64,000 nucleotides of DNA, taken from positions 1,660,502 through 1,724,501 of the forward strand of contig OZ244031.1 in NCBI GenBank assembly GCA_965215045.1, written 5' to 3'. The notes under the pieces were generated by a model. That model did not search any database, was not told the DNA's origin, and worked only from the letters and a program-made list of their open reading frames with translations. Source of the DNA: Gammaproteobacteria bacterium. Lineage in GTDB: Bacteria > Pseudomonadota > Gammaproteobacteria > JABABF01. Position numbers and translations under genes: made by a program. Numbering within the stretch: position 1 is the first letter of the stretch; every line of letters starts with the position of its first letter. Positions 9,617 to 27,491 of this stretch are shown here, in pieces.

Positions 9617-11275
9617 TCATTGCCCGGTATGCGGGGTCTTTTTGCGTCCCGGGAGCAATAATTTTGCGAAGGAATACAGGCCAAGGTTGAGCTTCAGGTA
9701 TTGCAGGACTACGAAGCGCCGCGCATGAATCCTGGGTTTTTCATCGAGATTTAATAATTCGGGGTACCGGTGTAACAGCATGGTTCGAAACCGTGAAAGA
9801 ATTTCGACCGCTTTCCTGCGCAGCAATATTGTTATCTTGTACCTGTTGTACTTGTATCGAAACAGGATTTCAGGAAGGGGTTTGCGCATGGCGGCTTCGC
9901 CTTGGAATATCCTGTGTATATGGGAACGATGAATGATGTACGCTTGCGTATAAAAATCGCAAATACCAGGGTGGATATCCGTCATCTTAATGCCCTTGGT
10001 ATGCAGGTCCTCCTGTAGCCGGTAAGAACTATGCATTAAGGGCTTTAGCTTGTACGGGGAAAAATATATCTGGGACTTTCTTGCAGGATTCAGCTGCTTG
10101 AACTGTGCGTAAACCATGTTCGGCATCCGGTATTCCTGCGCATTCTTGCCGTGAAACCATGCCGGAAAACTCTCGTCCAGCAATATATCGTCTTCGAGAA
10201 TGATGGCTTCCGGTGCCCCGGTTTCCAGCACGGCCCGGTACGCTTCAAGATGCGAGAGATAACGGGTGATTTGGGGGACGGACAACGAGGAGTCGGGCCG
10301 GGGATGCGAGGTCTCGCTCACAGCCCGGGGGTGCTTGGCAGCCTGCTCCTGGTCCACCGCGGGGACGAGCTCGAAGGGAACCTCGCCGGCATCGAGCTGT
10401 TGTTTGATAGCGGCCAGGTCCTTGGCGTTCCCTTCCCGGTGGATGATGAATACCGGCAGACGCCCCGTTCTTTTCCTGCGGGGTAATTTGTTTCCTTTTT
10501 CCGACAAGAACTGTGCCACATCCACAAACATCTGTCGGTCCCTCTGGCTGCTATTGTGCGTCCGGTTGCCTGGAATTTCAGAGCGGCTTTGCTCTGCCAG
10601 CATCCTGTAATTGGCATCCCCGCTCTTTTTGTAAACCATCCAGGGCAGGTACAGGTTATAGTGCCAGTCGAACAGCAGGTGGTCCACCCTTACTTTCATG
10701 CACTTCGCCTCCTGTGCCAGCTGGCGCGCATAGGCCAGGCTCATGATGTAGGCGCGCACGCCGTACATGATGCCGATGTGACAGCTCATCTTGTAGCCAT
10801 TGGGGAGAGGGCGTTCATGGAACCGGGAACAGTAATCGTACAGGCCGTCCCCCTCCTGTAATACATTGTGGTTATTTCCGCTCAGGTGCAGCACCCGGCA
10901 TTTCTCCGGCAATTCGCAATCGTTGATCACGGCGGCAAAATCCTCGTTGAGCCGGATATCATCCTCGAGGATGATCGCCTCGGGGAGCTGGCGTTCCACC
11001 ATGGTTTGAAATGCTTTTATATGCGAGCGGTAGCAGCCGGCTTCGGGCGCAATGATACGTTGCAGGCTTTGGGTGTTGATTTTTTCCACCTCCTGTTCGG
11101 GGATCAGGTGCCCGTCGACTGCTTCGATCACCTCGTAGGAGAGCTTCCTGTCATCCAGCTGCTGTTTCATAGAGGCCAGGCGTTTGACGTCCTGTTTGAG
11201 ATTGATGACAAAGATGGGACGCCGCTGCCGCCCGGGCATCTTGATCTCTGGATGCATGGTGTCGTCAGCTTCCAT
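9617..11275 (-). CDS. Glycosyltransferase family 25 protein with two tandem GT25 domains
   Basis: Two repeats of (F/V)INL...QQL...(E/P)AVD...SH...EAIILEDD. Visibly more AT-rich than its flanks. Start chosen at ATG 11275 (AGGA upstream); 11257 is an alternative. Confidence 0.8.
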   Translation of the reverse strand: MEADDTMHPEIKMPGRQRRPIFVINLKQDVKRLASMKQQLDDRKLSYEVIEAVDGHLIPEQEVEKINTQSLQRIIAPEAGCYRSHIKAFQTMVERQLPEAIILEDDIRLNEDFAAVINDCELPEKCRVLHLSGNNHNVLQEGDGLYDYCSRFHERPLPNGYKMSCHIGIMYGVRAYIMSLAYARQLAQEAKCMKVRVDHLLFDWHYNLYLPWMVYKKSGDANYRMLAEQSRSEIPGNRTHNSSQRDRQMFVDVAQFLSEKGNKLPRRKRTGRLPVFIIHREGNAKDLAAIKQQLDAGEVPFELVPAVDQEQAAKHPRAVSETSHPRPDSSLSVPQITRYLSHLEAYRAVLETGAPEAIILEDDILLDESFPAWFHGKNAQEYRMPNMVYAQFKQLNPARKSQIYFSPYKLKPLMHSSYRLQEDLHTKGIKMTDIHPGICDFYTQAYIIHRSHIHRIFQGEAAMRKPLPEILFRYKYNRYKITILLRRKAVEILSRFRTMLLHRYPELLNLDEKPRIHARRFVVLQYLKLNLGLYSFAKLLLPGRKKTPHTGQ

Positions 11276-11520
11276 ATTGTCCTGCTGCCGGATGTTTGTC
11301 CCTATTTTCACACACCGGCGGGTCACGGCAGGCCCCGTTCAGGCCGGGCGGGCCTTTTCCTCCCGTATTCACCGCTTGCCAGACGGCGGCCCAGCGCAGC
11401 CGAGCGGGCCCCGGGGACGGGGTCTGCCGTCTGTGCTAAAGTAAGCGGGCGGTAAAACGCACGAACGGTAAGCATACAAGGGATTTTATGACCTGGACGC
11501 CAAGGTAGGAGGGCGTATAC

Positions 11521-12195
11521 ATGAGTATCAAACATTGGCCGGCCGGCGAGCGCCCCCGGGAGAAACTTTTGCGCCACGGCGTCCAGAGTCTCAGTGAAGC
11601 CGAACTGCTGGCGATCTGTTTTGGTTCCGGTGTGCCAGGCGAAGACGCTGTCGGCTTTGCCCGCTCCCTGCTGCGACATTTTGGCGGCTTGCGCCCCCTG
11701 CTCAATGCCGAGCAGCGGGAATTGTGCCAGACGCCTGGTTTGGGTGAGGCGCGTTACGCGAAACTGCAGGTCATCAAGGAGATTGGCCGCCGCCACCTGC
11801 TGGAGAAATTGCAGCGCGGTGCAGCCCTGACAGACCCGGATCTTACGCGCCGTTACGTGCGCGCCTGCCTGCGTGACCGCCAGCGGGAGGTGTTCCTGTG
11901 CATTTTCCTCGACAACAAGCACGCGGTGCTGCAGGCGGAGGAGATGTTCCTGGGTACGCTGAACACCACCTGCGTCTATCCGCGGGAGGTGGTGCGCGCC
12001 TGCATGCGCTGCAATGCTGCAGCGGTCATTTTTGCCCACAACCATCCCTCCGGCGTGGCAGAGCCCAGTGTCGCGGACCGGAAAATGACCCGGAAATTGC
12101 AAGATGCGCTGGAGTTGGTCGATGTGCGAGTGCTGGACCACCTGGTAGTCGGCGATGGCCGGGAGATTTCCTTTGCGGAAGAGGGCTTGTTGTAG
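11521..12195 (+). CDS. radC: RadC (JAB/MPN domain) protein
   Basis: ERPREKL, YPRE, HNHPSG and VLDH; lies upstream of rpmB. Confidence 0.95.
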   Translation: MSIKHWPAGERPREKLLRHGVQSLSEAELLAICFGSGVPGEDAVGFARSLLRHFGGLRPLLNAEQRELCQTPGLGEARYAKLQVIKEIGRRHLLEKLQRGAALTDPDLTRRYVRACLRDRQREVFLCIFLDNKHAVLQAEEMFLGTLNTTCVYPREVVRACMRCNAAAVIFAHNHPSGVAEPSVADRKMTRKLQDALELVDVRVLDHLVVGDGREISFAEEGLL

Positions 12196-12274
12196 ACGCC
12201 GTCGTGCACCGCCGGGGGCACCCCCCGTTCTCGGGAGCACCCGGGTGGAGTCGCGGGCTCCGGGCCGGGACGCT

Positions 12275-12352
12275 TCGCCCGGTCCCTCCCGGGTCAACCG
12301 GCGGGTTTTGCGCGCGGCTGGGCTCGCGCACTCGCCCGGCCCCTCCCGGGTC
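12275..12352 (+). repeat. 21-bp direct repeat, 2 copies, 1 mismatch
   Basis: TCGCCCGG(T/C)CCCTCCCGGGTC at 12275-12295 and 12332-12352. Confidence 0.7.
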
Positions 12353-12382
12353 GGCGTATGACCGGTGGATTGCCGGGAGGGT

Positions 12383-12410
12383 TTGCTTTAAAGGGGAGTT
12401 TTCTTACAAT
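12383..12410 (+). promoter_or_regulatory. Putative sigma70 promoter of rpmB-rpmG
   Basis: TTGCTT-16 bp-TACAAT, about 40 bp upstream of the rpmB start. Confidence 0.5.
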
Positions 12411-12447
12411 AACGCCCCCAATTTGAACGGGCAGGGGAAATGCTGCG

Positions 12448-12729
12448 ATGAGTCAGGTATGCCAGGTTACCGGCAAGCGGCCGCTGAGCGGATGCCGGGT
12501 CTCCCACGCACACAATCGCACACCGAGGAAATTTCTGCCGAATTTACAGAGACGGCGTTTCTGGGTGGAGTCAGAACAGGGCTATGTGCGGCTCAAGGTT
12601 TCGGCCAAGGGCATTCGCCTGATCGATAAGCTGGGTATTGACCGGGTGCTGGCAGATTTGCGTGCGCGCGGTGAGAAAATCCCCCTGCACAAGTCCCCCC
12701 CGGGTAAAGAACGAGTTTCCACGGACTGA
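12448..12729 (+). CDS. rpmB: 50S ribosomal protein L28
   Basis: CQVTGKRP...VSHAHNRT-x-RKFLPNL, with a short C-terminal extension. Confidence 0.96.
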   Translation: MSQVCQVTGKRPLSGCRVSHAHNRTPRKFLPNLQRRRFWVESEQGYVRLKVSAKGIRLIDKLGIDRVLADLRARGEKIPLHKSPPGKERVSTD

Positions 12730-12735
12730 ATCATC

Positions 12736-12891
12736 ATGCGCGAGAAGATCAAGTTGGTATCCAGTGCCGGCACCGGACATTTTTACACCACGCGCAAAAA
12801 CAAGCGCGCCATGGATGAGAAGCTGAGCAAGAAGAAATACGACCCGGTCGTGCGTCAGCACACGATCTACAAGGAAGCAAAACTGAAGTAA
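12736..12891 (+). CDS. rpmG: 50S ribosomal protein L33 (51 aa, absent from the ORF track)
   Basis: Hand translation: [51 protein letters not shown]. Confidence 0.96.
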   Translation: MREKIKLVSSAGTGHFYTTRKNKRAMDEKLSKKKYDPVVRQHTIYKEAKLK

Positions 12892-13043
12892 ACTGTTGAT
12901 CAAACACTCTTTTTTATCAAACTCCGCGATGCGGCGAGGACATCGTCCGGCGGTGCAGGTGCAAGCGGCGTCCGGGGTTGTTTTGGGCACCTCGCCCGCT
13001 GCGGTCGCACCGGTTCCCTGTTTTGCCAACCCCGCCGAAGGGC

Positions 13044-13073
13044 TTGACAGGATAAAAGATTCCGTGAAACAAT
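13044..13073 (+). promoter_or_regulatory. Putative sigma70 promoter of the tRNA-tuf operon
   Basis: TTGACA-18 bp-AACAAT just upstream of tRNA-Tyr. Confidence 0.55.
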
Positions 13074-13095
13074 ATCCGGCTATTTTCGCGGAGGA

Positions 13096-13179
13096 GGAGG
13101 GGTTCCCGAGCGGTCAAAGGGATCAGACTGTAAATCTGACGCGAAAGCTGCGGTGGTTCGAATCCACCCCCCTCCACCA
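13096..13179 (+). tRNA. tRNA-Tyr (GTA)
   Basis: GGAGGGGTTCCCGAGCGG...CAGACTGTAAATCTG...GGTTCGAATCC...CCTCCACCA, with a long variable arm. Confidence 0.96.
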
Positions 13180-13271
13180 CGGCAATGCGTGGGCAGGGGT
13201 TGTCGGGGAAATGGGAGACCGGGATGCTGCGCAAGAATATGCCATGCGGACGCCAGAGCGAGTTGCGGGTT

Positions 13272-13345
13272 GCGGGTATAGTTCAGTGGCAGAACCTCAG
13301 CCTTCCAAGCTGAAGATGCGGGTTCGATTCCCGCTACCCGCTCCA
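13272..13345 (+). tRNA. tRNA-Gly (TCC)
   Basis: GCGGGTATAGTTCAGTGG...CAGCCTTCCAAGCTG...GGTTCGATTCCCGCTACCCGCTCCA. Confidence 0.96.
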
Positions 13346-13393
13346 GGTTTGGCCCGGGTGCGAGTGAGGGCGAGAACGAGAACGAGAGGCAGT

Positions 13394-13469
<76 letters not shown>

Positions 13470-13549
13470 GTTTAAGCATGCGGCAGGGGGCGACCCCCGA
13501 ACGCGGCACGGCAATTTGAGGGTGAATTGATCATCGGGAGAACACGACA

Positions 13550-14740
13550 ATGGCCAAGCAAAAATTTGAACGCACCAAGCCCCATATTAACGTGGGAACG
13601 ATCGGACACGTCGACCACGGAAAGACCACCTTAACCGCGGCCCTGACGCAAGTGTGCGCCGAGGTCTGGGGCGGAGACACCCGCGCGTTTGATCAGATCG
13701 ACAATGCGCCAGAGGAGCGCGAGCGCGGGATCACCATCGCCACTGCACACGTGGAATACAACTCTGACAAGCGGCACTACGCCCACGTGGACTGTCCCGG
13801 GCATGCCGACTATGTTAAGAACATGATCACCGGTGCCGCCCAGATGGACGGGGCCATCCTGGTGGTTTCCGCCGCGGACGGCCCGATGCCGCAGACCCGC
13901 GAACATATCCTGCTGGCGCGCCAGGTCGGGGTGCCGCGCATTGTCGTGTTTCTGAACAAGGCCGACCAGGTGGATGACGCCGAACTGCAGGAGCTGGTGG
14001 AAATGGAGGTGCGTGAACTGCTCTCCAATTACGAGTTCCCGGGCGATGACACCCCCATTATCACCGGCAGCGCGCTGAAAGCGCTGGAGGGAGATGACGG
14101 CGACATGGGTAAGGGTGCGGTGCGCAAGCTGGTCGAATCCCTGGACGAGTACATCCCCGAACCGCAACGCGAGATCGACAAGCCCTTCCTGATGCCGATC
14201 GAAGACGTGTTTTCCATCCAGGGACGCGGCACGGTCGTGACCGGGCGCGTCGAACGCGGCGTGATCAAGGAGGGGGAAGAGATCGAGATTGTCGGCATCA
14301 AGCCCACCACCAAGACCATCTGCACCGGCGTCGAAATGTTCCGCAAAACCCTGGACGAGGGCCGCGCCGGCGAGAATGTCGGCGTGCTGCTGCGCGGCAC
14401 CAAGCGCGAAGAGGTGGACCGCGGCCAGGTGTTGGCGGCACCTGGGAGCATTACTCCGCATACGCGCTTCGAAGCCGAAATTTACGTGCTGACCAAGGAG
14501 GAAGGCGGGCGTCACACGCCTTTCTTCAAGGGGTACCGCCCGCAGTTTTATTTCCGCACCACGGACGTGACCGGGCAGGTGGAGTTGCCGGAGGGAACTG
14601 AAATGGTGATGCCGGGCGACAACATTTCCATCAAGGTGGAACTGATTGCACCCATTGCGATGGACGAGGGTCTGCGTTTTGCAGTCCGCGAAGGCGGCCG
14701 CACCGTCGGCGCCGGCGTGGTCGCCAAGGTGATCGAGTAA
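13550..14740 (+). CDS. tuf: Elongation factor Tu
   Basis: [18 protein letters not shown] and [10 protein letters not shown]. Confidence 0.99.
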   Translation: MAKQKFERTKPHINVGTIGHVDHGKTTLTAALTQVCAEVWGGDTRAFDQIDNAPEERERGITIATAHVEYNSDKRHYAHVDCPGHADYVKNMITGAAQMDGAILVVSAADGPMPQTREHILLARQVGVPRIVVFLNKADQVDDAELQELVEMEVRELLSNYEFPGDDTPIITGSALKALEGDDGDMGKGAVRKLVESLDEYIPEPQREIDKPFLMPIEDVFSIQGRGTVVTGRVERGVIKEGEEIEIVGIKPTTKTICTGVEMFRKTLDEGRAGENVGVLLRGTKREEVDRGQVLAAPGSITPHTRFEAEIYVLTKEEGGRHTPFFKGYRPQFYFRTTDVTGQVELPEGTEMVMPGDNISIKVELIAPIAMDEGLRFAVREGGRTVGAGVVAKVIE

Positions 14741-14813
14741 GCCCGCCCCTTGTCCCGGCACCCGGTTCGCTGATCCATCTGCGTGGTTTGTACCCGTGAG
14801 CGTTTCCTGCAAC

Positions 14814-14886
14814 AGGCCAGTAGCTCAATTGGTAGAGCAGCGGTCTCCAAAACCGCAGGTTGGGGGTTCGAGTCCCTTCTGGCCTG
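14814..14886 (+). tRNA. tRNA-Trp (CCA); the 3' CCA is not encoded
   Basis: AGGCCAGTAGCTCAATTGG...GCGGTCTCCAAAACCGC...GGTTCGAGTCCCTTCTGGCCTG, at the canonical tuf-secE position. Confidence 0.95.
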
Positions 14887-14932
14887 CCGGGACGTTTTCT
14901 GCTACCGGACCGTGGCGTCCGGGAGAGGGGTG

Positions 14933-15298
14933 ATGAAAAAACAAAAACAAGAGGGTGTAATTCCCGACAATATCAAGTGGTTGGCGGTGGCCGTGCTGGC
15001 CGTGGCCGGCGTCATCGCCAACGTCTATTACATCGAGGAATCACTGCTGTTTCGCACACTGGGCGTCGTCGGCACCACCGTGGTAGCCGGTGCCTTTGCC
15101 ATGAGCACCGAACAGGGTGCCGCGGTCTGGGAATTGATGCGGGGTGCCCGCATGGAGATCCGCCGGGTGGTGTGGCCGACCCACCAGGAAGCGATCCAGA
15201 CCACCTTCCTGGTGATGGTCTTCGTCATGATTGCCGCGGTGTTGTTGTGGCTCCTGGACACGATGTTCGGCTGGCTCGCCTCCCTGGTCATCGGGTGA
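14933..15298 (+). CDS. secE: Preprotein translocase subunit SecE
   Basis: Three TM helices and EIRRVVWPT; lies before nusG. Confidence 0.94.
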   Translation: MKKQKQEGVIPDNIKWLAVAVLAVAGVIANVYYIEESLLFRTLGVVGTTVVAGAFAMSTEQGAAVWELMRGARMEIRRVVWPTHQEAIQTTFLVMVFVMIAAVLLWLLDTMFGWLASLVIG

Positions 15299-15303
15299 AT
15301 CCC

Positions 15304-15837
15304 ATGTCGAAACGCTGGTACGTGGTGCATGCCCATTCGGGCTATGAGAAAAAGGTGCAGCTCGCCTTGCGTGAGCGGGTCGCGCAAAAAAACATGGAAG
15401 AGTATTTCGGCGATGTCCTGGTGCCGGTGGAAGACGTGGTGGAGATGCGCGCCGGGCAACGCAGCAGCAGCGAGCGCAAGTTTTTCCCCGGTTACGTGCT
15501 GGTCGAGATGGAATTGAATGACAACACCTGGCACTTGGTCAAGAGCATTCCCCGGGTGTTGGGCTTTATCGGCGGTAAGCCCGAGGCACCCGCTCCCCTG
15601 AGCGAGGCGGAGGTGGATGTCGTGCTGCAGAGAGTGGAGACCAGTGCCACCAAGCCGCGTCCCAAGACCGTGTTTGAGCCCGGCGAGATGGTGCGCGTCG
15701 TCGACGGTCCCTTCAACGATTTCAACGGGGTGGTGGAAGAGGTGAACTATGAAAAGGGGCGGCTGACGGTGTCGGTGTCCATTTTCGGGCACTCCACGCC
15801 CGTGGAGTTGGAATTCGCCCAAGTGGAGAAAACCTGA
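15304..15837 (+). CDS. nusG: Transcription factor NusG
   Basis: [20 protein letters not shown] and the KOW motif DGPFNDF. Confidence 0.97.
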   Translation: MSKRWYVVHAHSGYEKKVQLALRERVAQKNMEEYFGDVLVPVEDVVEMRAGQRSSSERKFFPGYVLVEMELNDNTWHLVKSIPRVLGFIGGKPEAPAPLSEAEVDVVLQRVETSATKPRPKTVFEPGEMVRVVDGPFNDFNGVVEEVNYEKGRLTVSVSIFGHSTPVELEFAQVEKT

Positions 15838-15838
15838 G

Positions 15839-16282
15839 ATGGCGGCCAAGCAGATCCAGACTCTGATCCGGTTGCAGGCACCGGCCGGGGAAGCCAATCC
15901 CAGTCCCCCGATCGGTCCGGCCCTGGGGCAGCACGGTCTGAATATCATGGAGTTCTGCAAGGCGTTCAACGCCCAGACCGCCGACGTGGAAAAGGGTCTG
16001 CCGTTGCCGGTGGTGATCACCGTGTACGCCGACCGCAGTTTTGACTTTATCTGCAAGCAGCCGCCGGCGGCGGTGCTGTTGCGCAAGGCCGCCGGCATTG
16101 ACAAGGGCAGCGGAGAGCCGAACCGGGAGAAGGTCGGGAAACTCAATCGCGCCCAGTTGGAAGAGGTTGCCCGGCAGAAGATGCAGGATATGAATGCAAA
16201 TGACATCGATGCGGCGGTGCGCATCCTGGCCGGCAGCTGTCGCAGTGCCGGCATCGAAGTGGAAGGCCTGGAAGACTCCTGA
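15839..16282 (+). CDS. rplK: 50S ribosomal protein L11
   Basis: [13 protein letters not shown] and FCKAFNA. Confidence 0.97.
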   Translation: MAAKQIQTLIRLQAPAGEANPSPPIGPALGQHGLNIMEFCKAFNAQTADVEKGLPLPVVITVYADRSFDFICKQPPAAVLLRKAAGIDKGSGEPNREKVGKLNRAQLEEVARQKMQDMNANDIDAAVRILAGSCRSAGIEVEGLEDS

Positions 16283-16293
16283 GGGGTACGGGT

Positions 16294-16989
16294 ATGGGTA
16301 AGCCATCGAAGCGGGCGCGCGCCAACGCGCAAAAGATTTCCCCGGACCATCTGTACCCGCTGGACGAGGCCTTGCAGCTGCTGACGGAAATGCAGTCGGC
16401 CAAGTGCGAGGAATCGGTTGACGTGGCGATCGTGCTGGGCGTCGACGTGCGTCAGTCCGACCAGCAGGTGCGGGGTGCCACGGTATTGCCGCATGGCACC
16501 GGGCGCACGGTCCGGGTCGCAGTTTTCGCCGCGGGGGATGCCGCCGAGACCGCCCGGCAGGCCGGTGCCGACTTGGTCGGCATGGAGGACCTGGCCGAAC
16601 AGGTGCAGGGCGGCATGATGGATTTCGATGCGGTCATTGCCGTGCCGGAAGCGATGAGCGTGGTTGGAAAACTGGGGCCGATCCTGGGCCCGCGCGGGCT
16701 GATGCCCAACCCCAAGACGGGCACGGTGACGTCCGAGCCGGGGACCGCGGTACGCAATGCCAAGCAGGGGCAACTGCAGTTTCGCACGGACAAGGGAGGC
16801 GTGATTCACGGTTCGATCGGCCGTGCCAATTTCAGCAAGGAAGCGTTGCGCGAAAACCTGGAGGCCCTGTTGGCAGACCTGAACAAGGCGAAACCCGCCG
16901 CGGCCAAGGGCGTCTACCTTAAGAAACTCAGTCTTTCCTCCACCTTCGGTGCCGGTGTCAATGTCGACCGCGGCAGCCTGGGTCTTTAA
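16294..16989 (+). CDS. rplA: 50S ribosomal protein L1
   Basis: DQQVRG...LPHGTG and [15 protein letters not shown]. Confidence 0.97.
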   Translation: MGKPSKRARANAQKISPDHLYPLDEALQLLTEMQSAKCEESVDVAIVLGVDVRQSDQQVRGATVLPHGTGRTVRVAVFAAGDAAETARQAGADLVGMEDLAEQVQGGMMDFDAVIAVPEAMSVVGKLGPILGPRGLMPNPKTGTVTSEPGTAVRNAKQGQLQFRTDKGGVIHGSIGRANFSKEALRENLEALLADLNKAKPAAAKGVYLKKLSLSSTFGAGVNVDRGSLGL

Positions 16990-17005
16990 AGAATAGGGGT
17001 GCGCG

Positions 17006-17536
17006 ATGGCCTTGTCGGCGGAACGAAAAAGAGAGGTGGTCGACCGGGTGCGGCAGACGGCCGGCGAGGCGCTGTCCCTGGCGGTCGCGCAGGGCCAGGG
17101 CATCTCCGTGGCTGAAATCCGCAGTCTGCGTATTCGGGCGCGGGAGCGGGACATCGTGCTGCGTGTGATCAAGAACAGCCTGGCGCGACGCGCCTTGCAG
17201 GGCACGGACTACGAATGCATGACGGAGCGCCTGTCCGGGCCGAACCTGTTCGCCTTTTCGATGAAAGAACCGGGTGCCGCCGCAAAATTGTTCAAGGAAT
17301 TTGGCAAGGAGCACGAAATGTTTTCCGTGCAGGCCTTCTCCATCGAGGGCCGCTTGTTCGATGGTTCGCAAATCGATACCCTGGCGAACCTGCCGAGCCG
17401 GGAAGAGGCCCTGGCGAGACTGCTGGGGACGATGCGGGCCCCGGTTGCCAGGCTGGCGGGGACCTTGCGGGAGGCACCGGCGAAGCTGGTGCGCGTGTTG
17501 GCTGCAATCCGGGCGCAGAAAGAAGCCTCGAAATAA
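17006..17536 (+). CDS. rplJ: 50S ribosomal protein L10
   Basis: V-x-KNSLARRA and LANLPSREE; position between rplA and rplL. Confidence 0.95.
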   Translation: MALSAERKREVVDRVRQTAGEALSLAVAQGQGISVAEIRSLRIRARERDIVLRVIKNSLARRALQGTDYECMTERLSGPNLFAFSMKEPGAAAKLFKEFGKEHEMFSVQAFSIEGRLFDGSQIDTLANLPSREEALARLLGTMRAPVARLAGTLREAPAKLVRVLAAIRAQKEASK

Positions 17537-17582
17537 GCAGTGTCTGTATTACTGGTTTGAATTCGCGAGAAGGAGCAAGACC

Positions 17583-17975
17583 ATGGCCCTGAGCAAGCAA
17601 GAAATCCTCGACTCGATCGCCGAGATGCCGGTGATGGAAATCGTCGAGCTAATCGAAGCGATGGAAGAGAAATTCGGTGTCAGTGCCGCCGCACCGGCGG
17701 TTGCGATGTCGGCACCGGCACCGGCGGCAGCCGCGGAGGGTGCCGAGAGCGCCGCCGAAGAAAAGTCGCAATTCGACCTGGTGCTGAGTGCCGTTGGCGA
17801 CAAGAAGGTGAACGTGATCAAGGTGGTGCGCAACGTCACCGGTCTCGGCCTCAAGGATGCCAAGGACCTGGTGGACAGTGCCCCCGCCCCGATCAAGGAG
17901 GCGATGGCCCGGGAGGAGGCGGAAGAGGCAAAAAAACAGCTCGAGGAAGCCGGCGCCACCGTGGAATTAAAGTAA
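17583..17975 (+). CDS. rplL: 50S ribosomal protein L7/L12
   Basis: [21 protein letters not shown] and [11 protein letters not shown]. Confidence 0.97.
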   Translation: MALSKQEILDSIAEMPVMEIVELIEAMEEKFGVSAAAPAVAMSAPAPAAAAEGAESAAEEKSQFDLVLSAVGDKKVNVIKVVRNVTGLGLKDAKDLVDSAPAPIKEAMAREEAEEAKKQLEEAGATVELK

Positions 17976-18163
17976 GCGGCGCCGACGTGGAACAGGGCTG
18001 GTACGCGCTTTTGCGTCGCGATTTTGCTCCGGGCCCGGCGCCTGGAAAAGGGATGACTGCGCTGCGGCGTTTAGCGCTGGGCATCCACTCGGAAAATTCC
18101 TCCGGAAGACCCGCCACGCACGTGTGCGGCGTGTTCCGGCCGCAAGGGGAGGTTTGAAACACC

Positions 18164-22288
<4,125 letters not shown>

Positions 22289-22314
22289 GCGGCAGGTACG
22301 AGCGGAGAATTTCC

Positions 22315-26514
<4,200 letters not shown>

Positions 26515-26605
26515 TGTCGCGAATGATGGCCGGCATGCCCGCGGTGCTGCGGCGTGCCATGTCACCGCCGGGACAGGGAAGCCGCCCCCGGGGGGAGCTC
26601 GCCTG

Positions 26606-26977
26606 ATGGCCAGGGTCAGCCAGCTGATTCGCAAACCGCGCCAGCGCAAGCCCATGAAGAGCAACGTGCCCGCCCTGCAGGGCGGGCCGCAAAAACGCGG
26701 CGTGTGCACCCGTGTCTACACCACGACGCCCAAGAAACCGAACTCGGCACTGCGCAAGGTCTGTCGCGTGCGCCTGACCAATGGCTACGAGGTCACCTCG
26801 TATATCGGTGGCGAAGGACACAACCTGCAGGAACACAGCGTGGTACTGATCCGGGGCGGGCGCGTCAAGGACCTGCCCGGGGTGCGCTACCACGTTGTGC
26901 GCGGTGCCCTGGACGCCGTCGGCGTACAGGAGCGTCGGCAGCGGCGTTCCAAGTACGGGGCCAAGAGGCCGAAGTAA
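26606..26977 (+). CDS. rpsL: 30S ribosomal protein S12
   Basis: [13 protein letters not shown] and [10 protein letters not shown]. Confidence 0.98.
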   Translation: MARVSQLIRKPRQRKPMKSNVPALQGGPQKRGVCTRVYTTTPKKPNSALRKVCRVRLTNGYEVTSYIGGEGHNLQEHSVVLIRGGRVKDLPGVRYHVVRGALDAVGVQERRQRRSKYGAKRPK

Positions 26978-26995
26978 AACACGGGGTCCTGGATC

Positions 26996-27466
26996 ATGCC
27001 GCGGCGCAGAGTCATCAGCAAAAGGGAGATCATTGCCGATCCCAAGTACAACAGCGTGCCGCTGGCCAAGTTCACCAACCATGTCATGCAGCGCGGCAAG
27101 AAATCACTGGCCGAGCGCGTGGTGTACGGGGCGATGGAAATCATCGGTGAACGTCTCAAGCGTGACCCGGTCGAAGTATTCACCGAGGCCCTGGAAAATG
27201 TCGAGCCCTCGGTCGAGGTCAAGTCGCGCCGGGTCGGCGGGGCCACGTACCAGGTGCCGGTGGAAGTCCGCGAGTCGCGGCGCACCGCCCTGGCGATGCG
27301 CTGGCTGGTAGAAGTCGCGCGCAAGCGCCGGGAGAAATCGATGCCGCAGCGCCTGGCGGGGGAGATTATCGACGCCTCCCTGGGACAGGGTGCCGCCGTC
27401 AAGCGCCGCGAGGACACGCACCGCATGGCGGAGGCGAACAAGGCCTTTTCTCATTACCGTTTTTAA
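26996..27466 (+). CDS. rpsG: 30S ribosomal protein S7
   Basis: [16 protein letters not shown] and MAEANKAF. Confidence 0.98.
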   Translation: MPRRRVISKREIIADPKYNSVPLAKFTNHVMQRGKKSLAERVVYGAMEIIGERLKRDPVEVFTEALENVEPSVEVKSRRVGGATYQVPVEVRESRRTALAMRWLVEVARKRREKSMPQRLAGEIIDASLGQGAAVKRREDTHRMAEANKAFSHYRF

Positions 27467-27491
27467 ATCTCTACGCCTAAGGATCCTCCCA

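Noticed and set aside
11521-12195. radC as a mobile-element or anti-defence JAB gene
   Set aside because: It is the full-length chromosomal type in the usual radC-rpmB-rpmG context.
12275-12352. Repeat-spacer-repeat pattern (21/36/21 bp) as a mini-CRISPR
   Set aside because: Only two short copies, no leader and no cas genes; kept only as a repeat.
13366-13390. CGAGAA microsatellite between tRNA-Gly and tRNA-Thr
   Set aside because: Only about three units in a tRNA spacer, with no functional evidence.
26606-26977. Possible streptomycin-resistance changes in S12
   Set aside because: The K42 and K87 equivalents (PKKPN, RVKDL) are wild type.
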